Positions 28,422 to 37,359 of a stretch of DNA of 64,000 bases are shown one piece after another. This stretch comes from Smithellaceae bacterium (GTDB taxonomy: Bacteria > Desulfobacterota > Syntrophia > Syntrophales > Smithellaceae), in contig JAUYFM010000007.1 of the NCBI GenBank assembly GCA_030690945.1, positions 59,134 to 123,133 of the forward strand, read 5' to 3'. Numbering within the stretch: position 1 is the first letter of the stretch; the number at the start of each line of letters is the position of its first letter. Both the position numbers and the translations under genes were made by a program. The notes beneath the pieces were generated by a model. It saw nothing but the letters and a program-made list of their open reading frames with translations. It was not told the origin of the DNA and searched no databases.

Positions 28422-28550
28422 AGACTGTGTCGTAATTATAACAATTGTCATTCCGAACGTATGTGAGGAATCTTAATACTTTGAATTTATTAAAAACAAG
28501 ATTTCTCGCTTTGCTTCGAAATGACATGAAAATGAATTGTGACACAGTCT
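28422..28550 (+). mobile_element. family-B MITE-like element, copy 2 (129 bp)
   Basis: Terminal inverted repeats AGACTGTGTCGTAATT / AATTGTGACACAGTCT (15 of 16). Internal hairpin modules gtcATTCCgaacgtatgtgaGGAATc and gATTTCtcgctttgcttcGAAATgac. A solo end attgcgacacagt is at 28583-28595. Confidence 0.75.
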
Positions 28551-28641
28551 GCAGCGGAGGACATAAAACTGCAATATAAACGATTGCGACACAGTATCGC
28601 ATGCCGGATAAAAACTGTTTGCACGAATTCAGGATAAGAGC

Positions 28642-30795
28642 ATGGATCTTAAAAAAATATTCCGTTTCGGCAAATCAAAGCTAGTGCAGGGCCTGCTGGC
28701 GGGAATGATCGGCGTTGTGTTTGCCCTGGTCTTTTTCTTGCCGGGCTGGCTTTCTCGCTGGGAGGCGAAGACCTGGGACTGGCGAGTCAACATTCTGGCA
28801 ACACCGTCGCCTGCCACACCAAAAATCCGTTTGATCCTGCTCGATCAAAACAGTCTGGACTGGGCCAAAGACGAAAACGGCCTGTCCTGGCCCTGGCCGC
28901 GCGAAGTTTACTCGACAGTCATCCAATTCTGCAAGCGCACGGGCGCAAAGTCTCTGGCCTTTGATGTGCTCTTTACGGAACCCTCCAAATACGGCGTGGC
29001 GGACGATCAGGCTTTTGCATCCGAAATGAAGGGGTTTAAATCTTTTGTGGGAGCTGTCTTTCTCAGCAAGACGGCGGGCAGTGAAAAACGCTGGCCTGCT
29101 TTTGCTCCCGCGCCGGCTTTGAATGTTCAGGGACTTGACCTGTGGCTTACCGACACCGGACATGACGCCTTTTTCCGAGCTTCGTTTCCTGTGGCGGAAA
29201 TATCCGCCGCCGCAGGTCTTCTGGCCAATGTTCACCTGAATCCGGATGCAGACAGCGTCTATCGACGGGCGGCGCTTTTTGAGGTATTTGACGGCAAAAT
29301 TTTACCGTCGCTTGCTCTGGCGAGTTATTGGACCACAAAACCGGATATGTCTTTGAAAATTTATCCGGGAAGCTTCATGTTGGGCGATAGGGCAATTCCT
29401 GTCGATGCCGCAGGCAGGGCCATTCTTAATTTCCGCGGCCCGTCGGGAACCCACAAAGCGTATAGTGCGGCATCGGTCATTCAAAGTGAACTGCGTCTCC
29501 AAAATGGAGAGACATCTGTTATCCAGAATCTGGAAGAGTTCAAGGACGCCTATGTCTTTTTCGGGTTTTCCGCTCCCGGCCTGTATGATCTTCGTCCCAC
29601 GCCTGTTTCCGGTGTCTATCCCGGCGTGGAAATTTCCGCCACGATGCTCGACAACCTGCTGGCCAATGATTTTATCCGGCCTGTCCCCCTGGTTCTTGTT
29701 GTTGTCATCACCCTGATCATTGTTCTTCTTGCCGGTATGGCAACGTCTTGGGTCTCCGGTATTTTTAAAAGCGTCCTGGTCTATACGTTCTTTATCTCGG
29801 CGCCGGTTGTCCTTTGTCTGATCGCTTACCGGTTGGGCTTCTGGCTGCCGCTGGTGGTTCAGGAGGCGGGTGTTGCCGTGACGCTTTTCAGCGCGGGGCT
29901 TATTTATTACACAACCGAGGGACGGCAGAAAACTTACATCAAAAGCGCTTTCAAGCAATACCTGAGCCCCGCTGTGATTGAACAGCTTATTCAAAATCCC
30001 GAACGGCTGAAACTGGGCGGTGAGCGGCGGATGCTCTCTATTTTTTTCTCCGACCTGGAAGGCTTTACGAGCATATCGGAAGGTCTTGATCCGGAAGCGC
30101 TCACCAATTTGCTGAATGTTTACCTAACGGCCATGACGGACATCATCCATGAAGAAGGCGGCACCGTGGACAAGTATGAAGGGGATGCGATCATCGCCTT
30201 CTGGAATGCGCCTATTTCCCAGCCGGATCACGCTGTCCGCTGTGTTCGTGCCGTACTAAACTGTCAGGCGAAGCTTGCCCTGATGCGTCCTGTTCTTCGG
30301 GAAAGTCTGGGAAGGGATTTGAAAATGCGCATCGGCGTCAATACCGGCTACGCCGTGGTCGGCAACATGGGTTCCCATTCCCGGTTTGATTATACGATGA
30401 TCGGCGATGCGGTGAATCTGGCGGCGCGACTGGAAGGCATCAACAAACAGTTCGGCACCTATACCCTGCTTTCACAAGCCACGATGGAACAGATGGCCGG
30501 CGCTTTTCCGGTGCGGGAAATTTCACGGGTAGCGGTGGTGGGCCGTAAAGAGCCGGTGGTTGTTTACGAACCGATGTTGACGGAAAGTATCAATACGCAG
30601 AAACAAAAGATCATGGCGCAATTTGCTGAAGCGCTGGCTTTGTTCTACCGGGGCGACTTTGCTCAAGCCCGGGAATTATTTTCCGTCATGACAGGCGAAG
30701 ATGCCGTGGCGAAAGCCTATGTCGCCAAATGCGACGAACTGATCGCCGATCCGCCGAAAAATTGGCAAGGGGTGTGGGTGATTACGACGAAATAG
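28642..30795 (+). CDS. CHASE2-domain class III adenylate/guanylate cyclase
   Basis: N-terminal TM, a periplasmic CHASE2-like region and three TMs, then the cyclase domain (FFSDLEGFTSISE, KYEGDAIIAFWNAP, IGDAVNLAARLEG). Confidence 0.9.
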   Translation: MDLKKIFRFGKSKLVQGLLAGMIGVVFALVFFLPGWLSRWEAKTWDWRVNILATPSPATPKIRLILLDQNSLDWAKDENGLSWPWPREVYSTVIQFCKRTGAKSLAFDVLFTEPSKYGVADDQAFASEMKGFKSFVGAVFLSKTAGSEKRWPAFAPAPALNVQGLDLWLTDTGHDAFFRASFPVAEISAAAGLLANVHLNPDADSVYRRAALFEVFDGKILPSLALASYWTTKPDMSLKIYPGSFMLGDRAIPVDAAGRAILNFRGPSGTHKAYSAASVIQSELRLQNGETSVIQNLEEFKDAYVFFGFSAPGLYDLRPTPVSGVYPGVEISATMLDNLLANDFIRPVPLVLVVVITLIIVLLAGMATSWVSGIFKSVLVYTFFISAPVVLCLIAYRLGFWLPLVVQEAGVAVTLFSAGLIYYTTEGRQKTYIKSAFKQYLSPAVIEQLIQNPERLKLGGERRMLSIFFSDLEGFTSISEGLDPEALTNLLNVYLTAMTDIIHEEGGTVDKYEGDAIIAFWNAPISQPDHAVRCVRAVLNCQAKLALMRPVLRESLGRDLKMRIGVNTGYAVVGNMGSHSRFDYTMIGDAVNLAARLEGINKQFGTYTLLSQATMEQMAGAFPVREISRVAVVGRKEPVVVYEPMLTESINTQKQKIMAQFAEALALFYRGDFAQARELFSVMTGEDAVAKAYVAKCDELIADPPKNWQGVWVITTK

Positions 30796-31244
30796 GTTCA
30801 GAGTTCAGCGGTTCACGGTTCAGTGGTTGAAAGGCTGGTTCGATGAAGATTGAACATTTTGAAGATATTGAGGCATGGCAATTAGCTCGCGAATTGACCA
30901 GAACGGTGTATCGTCTGACAAAGATGTCCGGTTTTGCGCATGACTATGGGCTCAAAAGACAGATACAGGAAGCGGCCGGATCAGCCATGCATAACATTGC
31001 CGAAGGTTTCGACGCCGAGACCAATGCGGAGTTCATTCGGTTTTTGCGCTACGCCAAGCGGTCTTGCACTGAAGTTCAGAGCGAACTCTATGTTGCTTTA
31101 GATGAGGCATATATATCCATGACTGAATTTCAAGACGCATACGAACAGGCCAGGCGCACACGTGCAGCAATTCGCGGATTCATCAATTATCTCAATAAGT
31201 ATGAAAAAAGTAAAATGAACCGTGAACCGTTGAACCCCTGAACC
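30795..31244 (+). mobile_element. four-helix-bundle gene cassette bounded by simple-sequence inverted repeats
   Basis: Left arm ggttcagagttcagcggttcacggttcagtggttga (30795-30830). Right arm tgaaccgtgaaccgttgaacccctgaacc (31216-31244), the reverse-complement type of the left arm. The right arm encodes the last 8 codons of the CDS. Confidence 0.55.
30843..31241 (+). CDS. four-helix-bundle protein (23S rRNA intervening-sequence protein family)
   Basis: IEHFEDIEAWQLARELTRTVYRLT..., NIAEGF and FLRYAKRSCTEVQSEL are typical of this family. 132 aa. Confidence 0.85.
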   Translation: MKIEHFEDIEAWQLARELTRTVYRLTKMSGFAHDYGLKRQIQEAAGSAMHNIAEGFDAETNAEFIRFLRYAKRSCTEVQSELYVALDEAYISMTEFQDAYEQARRTRAAIRGFINYLNKYEKSKMNREPLNP

Positions 31245-31245
31245 T

Positions 31246-32010
31246 TTAGTTTTTAACCTTCTTTCCAATGTGCAACCAGGTGATTCCGAAGGTCAGTGGA
31301 TATTTTTCCACGTTAACCATGCCTGCTTTCTGCATAATCTTTGCGAGTTCATCGGGGGAGGGGAAGTTCATGATCGAGTCGGCAAGATAATAGTATGCGG
31401 CGGGATTCTTTGAAAATATTTTTGCAAATGCCGGCAACAGATAATTCAAATAGACATAGTAAATCAATTTAAAGAACCGGTTCTGCACAAACGTCATCTC
31501 CAAAACCATTACCTGTCCGCCGGGAGCGGTCACCCGCATCATTTCGGAAAGTGCGCGGAGTCGATCGGGAATATTGCGGATGCCGAAGGCAATGCCGGTG
31601 ACATCGAAACTGCTGTCCTCAAAAGGCAGATGCAGCGCGTCGCCTTGCCTGATTTGAATACGGTCGGCAAGGTTTTTCTTGAGAACTTTATTTTTTGCCG
31701 CCTCGACCATTTCCGGCACAAAATCGAGGCCGGTCACGGAAATTTGCGGATGTTTAACGGCTGCCGCAACCGACAGATCGCCCGTGCCGCAGGCGACATC
31801 GAGATAGCGGTTGGTCTGAAAAAAGCGCATTTTTTTTGCGGCAAAGTTGCGCCAGGCCACATCGCGCCGCAGACTCAAGAAGCGATTTAAGAAATCATAT
31901 TTGCCGGTGATGGTGGAGAAAATTTCCTTCACCATGTTGATGCGTTCGGCATCCGTGATCGTTTTTACCTGCGGATACTTTTCGGGAGCTGAATGAAGCA
32001 TAACAAACAT
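31246..32010 (-). CDS. ubiE: demethylmenaquinone/ubiquinone C-methyltransferase (UbiE/MenG)
   Basis: YDFLNRFLSLRRDVAWR and the SAM motif LDVACGTGDL. 254 aa. Confidence 0.9.
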   Translation of the reverse strand: MFVMLHSAPEKYPQVKTITDAERINMVKEIFSTITGKYDFLNRFLSLRRDVAWRNFAAKKMRFFQTNRYLDVACGTGDLSVAAAVKHPQISVTGLDFVPEMVEAAKNKVLKKNLADRIQIRQGDALHLPFEDSSFDVTGIAFGIRNIPDRLRALSEMMRVTAPGGQVMVLEMTFVQNRFFKLIYYVYLNYLLPAFAKIFSKNPAAYYYLADSIMNFPSPDELAKIMQKAGMVNVEKYPLTFGITWLHIGKKVKN

Positions 32011-32121
32011 AAGATAGATATCCAGTTTCCTTCCCGATCAACCCGAGCGGCTCATCAACCCCGCGGCTGGGTTCACGCGACACTTAATACTTAAATCTTA
32101 ATTACTTAATACTTCCCATCC

Positions 32122-35100
32122 CTACAACCTAATAACGACGCCGGCCACGACGGCGATGTTCATCAGGATCTGCGTGATATCCTTGATCTCCCTCAGCCAG
32201 GCGATACGCTCTGCTTTCTCCGGCACGACGATGGAATCCCCCGGTTCGATTTGTCGAACTTCCCCGCCACGCGCCGTCATTTCCCACCTGTTGCGCGAAG
32301 AACTCCAACCTAAAAAGTTCTTGGAAACTTTTCGCGCGCTGCCGTCAACCTTCATAACATATACGTTGTTTGCATCGGCATAGTAAGAGTAGCCGCCGGT
32401 GGCGTCGATATAATCCTGGTAGCCCAGTCTGTCGGAATACAGATGGCTGCCCTGTGACATGACGGAGCCGATCACATTGACCACGTTGTTCTTTTCCGGA
32501 ATGTCCAGCGAGTCGCCATCCTCCAGTTCAAAGTCATATTCAGAGCCTTTCATCGTTTTTACATCCGTCAGGTAAATGGTCATTCGGCCAGTGGCCTTAA
32601 CTTTTTTCAAATTCTCTATGAATAATTTCCTTTGTTCCATTTCACCTTTCTTTGCTGCTAGTTCTTCCGGTGATGAGGCACTGGATAGCTTGGCCGTTCC
32701 CGCGGAAAGCAAGTCTCTTTCCATCCTGTCCGTCATTTCTTCCAGACCTTTTTGTTGAAGCTCTCTCACGCGCTCTCGAGTAAAATACGCTCCCCGGAGA
32801 TAGGCGTGCTGTGTATAACCGCCGGCTCTCTCAATCAGATTAGATAACTTTTCGCCTTTCCTGATGGGATATCTACCGGCAAACGTAATCTGCCCTGTGA
32901 GATTGACGAATCTCACATTCTGGTAATCGGCAATGCGTTTCACCAGCAATCGGTCGTTGGGCGCTAGAGTCAGATTGTGGGCTGAATCGCCTTCCAGTGC
33001 TTTGCGCAGATTGATGCTTTTATGCGCCATTTTCCCCGTTTTCCCTTCGGCGATTTCAGTGGAAGTGATTTCGGCTTCTTCAAGATAGGCGGAATCCAAA
33101 ACGTTACCCGATTTGAAAATCAGGTCGCGCACGGTCATATTTTCCGTAAATTTATAGGTTCCGGGATTGGGCACATCGCCTGCGACGAAAACGCTTCTTT
33201 TTGGATTCTTTTCCCATATGGAGTGTATAATGATCTGGTCCCTGTCTTGTAACAACAAATTGTCCCTCGGATCATCTGCCATCGCCCGGGCCACATTAAA
33301 ATAAGTTGTTCTATATTCATTGTTTGCATACTGACGGATAATTTCACCGTTTTCCAGAGACGCGTTAATGGTTAAACCGCCGGCATTTAATATTGCGTCT
33401 TTGACCTTCATGTTGCCCGTCAGATTGATGCGGCGTTTCATCTGCATATTTTTTTCCAGGATTTTAAGTCTTGCCGCCAGATCCATTTTGCCCACCTTTT
33501 CCAGCTCGATTAGCAGGGAACTCATGGCACCTGGATTTGGCCTTTTCTCCGCTATAATTGTGTCCTCAATTTCCTCAATTTTTGAGCTTAATAGATAAAG
33601 CCGGACGTCCTTATTCAGTTCCGCTTTAATGTTTTGAAGTTCCGACAGAGAGTCTTTGCTTCGGTCACTATCCAGCTTATCCGCTTTAGCGCCGTCTGAA
33701 TCAATAGCCGTGGAGTTGCCTCTAATCTCGCCTTCTACCATCACAAAAGATTGATCCTTGAATAAGTTGAGGTTAAATATAAATACTTGATCCTTAGGCG
33801 TTAACTCATAGTTGTATGAGGCGTCGTTTTGCAAAATGAGTTTTCCTAAATTAAAAGGGATTAAAACGATGGATCTGCCGGGAGGTGTTTGTCTCTTAAT
33901 GAGTGCATATTCAAAGTAGGTTGCATCCTGCAGATCATCGGGATCCTTGACCAAGTCTTTAATCCGCATGCCCGGTTTAAAAGCATACTTGCCCGGACGT
34001 TTGACGTTGCCGTTCAAATACACGGAGTTTTCGTCCATATCCACAATGGAAAATACTTTGACCATATCCGCGTCCTGGATGACAAAATCTTTTACCAGAC
34101 TGAGCGTTTTATCATTGATGTCGATAACGATTTGTTTTTCGTTTTTGATAATTCTTTCCACCTGCATCTGCTGCGTGTAAGCGCTGGGAATGATGCCGCC
34201 TGCCAGTTCAATCAGATTATGTAAATCAAATTTATCTTTGAGTTCGTAGATGGCCGGACGCTTCACATTACCGGCTATGCCGACCTGAGGGCCCGTGACC
34301 GGCACAAAGACCACGTCGCCTGCCTGCAGAGTAACATCCCGCGATTTATCTCCTTTTAGAAAAAGGTCGTAAAGGTCGAAATAGGTGACGATTTTATTCT
34401 TACGGCGCAGCTCAACCCGCCGCATCGAACCGATTGCCGAGGGGCCGCGCGCCATCATCAGGGCATCCGTGACGGTGGCCAGTGCGCCGGTTGTGTATGC
34501 ACCCGGCCTTTTGACATCGCCGAGAACAAAAATTGGAATGGATCTGGTGGAGCCAATGGTAATATCGATATTGGTTCCCACAATCTGTTCGGCTTTTGAA
34601 ATCAAATGTTTCGACATTTGCTCGTAGGTCATACCGGCCACATAGACAGGGCCGATCTGTGGAATGGTGATTTTTCCGTCCCGGTCCACCGTGAGCGAAT
34701 GCTGGGCATTCAGACGACCCCACAAAAGAATATTGACCTGATCACCTGATCCGACGACGTAACTGAGGGGGACGGGGATATCCTTACGTTCCGATGAGAC
34801 AGCGGCTGTATCCTGAAAAAACTGGTAGCCGAAAGGTTTTAGATTAAGCGAAATGTCCTGATATTTTCGTATTTTCCGTGTCCGGGAGAAAAGCGAATCC
34901 TCGTCTTCCGGTGTCTCGGCTACTGTTTTATCTGCTGTCTTGACTTCAGTGTCTTTCGGAACGTCTTCTTTCTTTTCCGTTTTATCCGTCTGGGCTTTTT
35001 TCCGTTTTTCAAGTTCCGCTTTGCCCTTTTGGATATCTTCCGCTGTCGGAGAACCTTCCCGCTTTTCGAGCAACTCCTTGCCCTTTTGGATTTCCGCCGG

Positions 35101-35271
35101 CGTCAAAGTGATACCCGCTTTTTGTAATTCTGAAATGGCCTGCTGCGCATTCGGTGCGCCTGACAGCGCAGAAGAGGGCTGCGCTTGGCAGTTCCCGATG
35201 TTTGCATAAAAATGGCCTGTCACACAAAAGACGAGCAGGATCAGTAAAGTTAAAAAACGTTTATTGCGCAT
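32122..35271 (-). CDS. giant polysaccharide export protein (Wza-like with multiple SLBB beta-grasp repeats)
   Basis: Signal peptide. Tandem TPAEIQKGKELLEKR / TAEDIQKGKAELEKR repeats. At least four G[ND]V(K/P)xPGxY motifs (GDVKRPGAYT, GNVKRPAIYEL, GNVKRPGKYAF, GDVPNPGTYKF). C-terminal TM. Confidence 0.8.
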   Translation of the reverse strand: MRNKRFLTLLILLVFCVTGHFYANIGNCQAQPSSALSGAPNAQQAISELQKAGITLTPAEIQKGKELLEKREGSPTAEDIQKGKAELEKRKKAQTDKTEKKEDVPKDTEVKTADKTVAETPEDEDSLFSRTRKIRKYQDISLNLKPFGYQFFQDTAAVSSERKDIPVPLSYVVGSGDQVNILLWGRLNAQHSLTVDRDGKITIPQIGPVYVAGMTYEQMSKHLISKAEQIVGTNIDITIGSTRSIPIFVLGDVKRPGAYTTGALATVTDALMMARGPSAIGSMRRVELRRKNKIVTYFDLYDLFLKGDKSRDVTLQAGDVVFVPVTGPQVGIAGNVKRPAIYELKDKFDLHNLIELAGGIIPSAYTQQMQVERIIKNEKQIVIDINDKTLSLVKDFVIQDADMVKVFSIVDMDENSVYLNGNVKRPGKYAFKPGMRIKDLVKDPDDLQDATYFEYALIKRQTPPGRSIVLIPFNLGKLILQNDASYNYELTPKDQVFIFNLNLFKDQSFVMVEGEIRGNSTAIDSDGAKADKLDSDRSKDSLSELQNIKAELNKDVRLYLLSSKIEEIEDTIIAEKRPNPGAMSSLLIELEKVGKMDLAARLKILEKNMQMKRRINLTGNMKVKDAILNAGGLTINASLENGEIIRQYANNEYRTTYFNVARAMADDPRDNLLLQDRDQIIIHSIWEKNPKRSVFVAGDVPNPGTYKFTENMTVRDLIFKSGNVLDSAYLEEAEITSTEIAEGKTGKMAHKSINLRKALEGDSAHNLTLAPNDRLLVKRIADYQNVRFVNLTGQITFAGRYPIRKGEKLSNLIERAGGYTQHAYLRGAYFTRERVRELQQKGLEEMTDRMERDLLSAGTAKLSSASSPEELAAKKGEMEQRKLFIENLKKVKATGRMTIYLTDVKTMKGSEYDFELEDGDSLDIPEKNNVVNVIGSVMSQGSHLYSDRLGYQDYIDATGGYSYYADANNVYVMKVDGSARKVSKNFLGWSSSRNRWEMTARGGEVRQIEPGDSIVVPEKAERIAWLREIKDITQILMNIAVVAGVVIRL

Positions 35272-36259
35272 TTTGCCCTCCGGCAGATTTGGCTTTAATT
35301 TTTTTTACGTATTCTCTAAAGAATACCACAAAGACAGCGAAAAAAAGCGACACAATAAAAGCGATAAAAACCATTTGTGCTCTTTTGGGTTTGCTTTTTT
35401 GATCAGGCGCCATCGGCGGATCCAGGACTTTAAAGGCAAAGCCTTCCTTGACTTCCGCCATCATAATGGTTTCAATTTTTTCAGCGATAAGATTATAAAT
35501 TTTTTGCTGGACAATAAGGTCATTTGTTTCGCGAAGCTGTTTTTCCAGATATTCTCTGTTGGTAATGGCCGCGCGCTTGGCTTCCGAACTCATGTGATCG
35601 TTCAAAGAGGCGATAAAATAGTTGGCAATCCGGGCAGCCATATCCGGGTCATGGTAGTTCACGGTGATGGTGATAACGTCTTCTTTTAGATTATAATTGG
35701 TGGAAACATATGCATCCAGTGCTCGAATGCCGTCCCACATGTCCGGAGCGCCGGGTTCCTTTTTGGGTGTGTTCGGCTGTGCCGGTTTTATTTTACTGAT
35801 CAGCGCCAATGGATTAAGGCTGAAGCCGCCGCTTGTTTTCTTCCAGGCCTTCTTTTCCTCATCCCACTGCTTGGGGAACAGGATTGGCAGGAGATTATAT
35901 TTTTCGATCATATTTTTCTTTAAGACATTGGACTTCAGGAGGCTGACCAGTTCTGCGGATGACGCAGCGCCGGGCATGGCAATTCCGGCCAGGCTGGCTA
36001 TGCCGCCGTATTGGGATGCCAGAGAGGATAGCCCTCCTCCTCCGCTTTTAGAAGATACCGGTTTGAGAACCGCTTGTGCCGTGTAAATATTGGTTATAGT
36101 GAGAGAATAAGCGGCTGTGGCCAACGTGACAATGACGGCTATCCAGATGATGAGCTTTTTGCCCTTCCAGATTGTTCTCGCCAGTTCCATAAGATCAATT
36201 TCATCTTCGTTTTCAGCGACGACGTTAACGGGTTCTGATGGTTTTTTTTCTTCAGTCAT
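35261..36259 (-). CDS. Wzz/PCP-type chain-length determinant protein (no kinase domain)
   Basis: N-terminal EIDLMELARTIWKGKKLIIWIAVIVTLATAAY TM. Periplasmic coiled region. Pro-rich LDPPMAPDQKSKPKR followed by a second TM. 11-nt overlap with the export gene. Confidence 0.75.
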   Translation of the reverse strand: MTEEKKPSEPVNVVAENEDEIDLMELARTIWKGKKLIIWIAVIVTLATAAYSLTITNIYTAQAVLKPVSSKSGGGGLSSLASQYGGIASLAGIAMPGAASSAELVSLLKSNVLKKNMIEKYNLLPILFPKQWDEEKKAWKKTSGGFSLNPLALISKIKPAQPNTPKKEPGAPDMWDGIRALDAYVSTNYNLKEDVITITVNYHDPDMAARIANYFIASLNDHMSSEAKRAAITNREYLEKQLRETNDLIVQQKIYNLIAEKIETIMMAEVKEGFAFKVLDPPMAPDQKSKPKRAQMVFIAFIVSLFFAVFVVFFREYVKKIKAKSAGGQNAQ

Positions 36260-36295
36260 GCCGGCCTTTCTTAAATATGCCTGTTTTTATAAAGT

Positions 36296-36435
36296 GAGAG
36301 CTTTGAATAATTGCCAATTCTGTCATTTCGACCGCAGGGAGAAATCTTTAACAGTTCATAATCTCTGAGATTTCTCGTCGCTATCGCTCCTCGAAACGCG
36401 TGACCTGAAAGGTTATGACAATTTTCAAAGGTCTC
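36296..36435 (+). repeat. family-C repeat module, copy 1 (~140 bp)
   Basis: About 95% identical to the reverse complement of 48589-48728. Contains gtcATTTCgaccgcagggaGAAATc and gagatttctcgtcgct..cgaaacgcgtgacctgaaaggttatgac. Confidence 0.8.
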
Positions 36436-36450
36436 AAAGTATCGAAGTAT

Positions 36451-36553
36451 TAATCAACCACCTCTCAGCAAGCTGTCGAGGTATGAAATGAACGTCATTA
36501 TATCGCAGCAAGCTGCGGAGAATTAACGCTCGTCCCGCAACAGCGGGATTAAA
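36451..36553 (-). repeat. family-A intergenic repeat, long form (reverse orientation)
   Basis: The reverse complement matches 8885-8987 with a few substitutions. It lies upstream of the minus-strand wzz-like gene. Confidence 0.8.
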
Positions 36554-36779
36554 AATAACAATTTTAGCCCGATCTGCATAGCATGAAGCGACGCAGGAAT
36601 CAACTTAAAATCTGCTTATTGAGAACGGTGCTGACCATAAACCGCACGCCCTAAACAGATGAATCACGGCGCTGAATAAATTGAATTGTCAAACAGGGTG
36701 GTTTCAGTTATAGCTTCGTCATAAGGAGCGGTTCACGGTATTTCTTTTTCAGCGGGCAATTGAAGGAACGGACAATGTC

Positions 36780-37337
36780 ATGAAAAATGTAGAAGGCGGC
36801 ACGAAACAAAGCAGGTTCTGGGGGGAAACGACCGCTTTTCTTGCCTTGTTTCTGGACAACGCCGGGGTGCTGATATTTTTAAATGCCATCCTTGTTTTCA
36901 CTTTCAACTTTCCCGTGGATATTATCCTGACGCGTATGATTCCGGGCACGGCCATCGGCGTCTTGATAGGCGATCTGATTTATACCTGGCTTGCCATCCG
37001 GTTGAAACGAAAGACCGGACGCGCGGATGTTACGGCGATGCCGCTGGGTCTCGATACGCCGTCCACCATCGGAATCGCCTACGCCGTTCTGGGTCCTGCC
37101 TATGTTATCACACGCGATGCACAACTTACCTGGCAGATCGGCATGGCCACGCTCTTCATATCTGCGCTGGGTTTGACGCTTTTCGGCGTCATTCATTCGA
37201 TCATGCCCACAGGAGAACTTTATCTGCCCTGGCGAGTGGCGTCGGATGCGCACTACATGCTTGCCCTGGCCTATCTGGCTCTCTCGGGCATTCTGCTGAT
37301 ATTAACTGGAACAATGGATAAAGAAAAGGGGCGCTGA
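36780..37337 (+). CDS. small multi-TM membrane protein, possibly a truncated permease
   Basis: Five predicted hydrophobic segments. N-terminal ETTAFLALFLDNAGV...MPLGLDTPS loosely resembles NCS2/AzgA-type permease N-termini, but the protein is only 185 aa. No firm family assignment. Confidence 0.35.
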   Translation: MKNVEGGTKQSRFWGETTAFLALFLDNAGVLIFLNAILVFTFNFPVDIILTRMIPGTAIGVLIGDLIYTWLAIRLKRKTGRADVTAMPLGLDTPSTIGIAYAVLGPAYVITRDAQLTWQIGMATLFISALGLTLFGVIHSIMPTGELYLPWRVASDAHYMLALAYLALSGILLILTGTMDKEKGR

Positions 37338-37359
37338 TACCTTTTTCGGGAGGTAGAGT

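Noticed and set aside
28234-28602. A 122-codon minus-strand ORF between the M48 peptidase and cyclase genes.
   Set aside because: It is the conceptual translation of two tandem MITE copies. The same peptide string appears in another spurious ORF at the third copy (41.3 kb).
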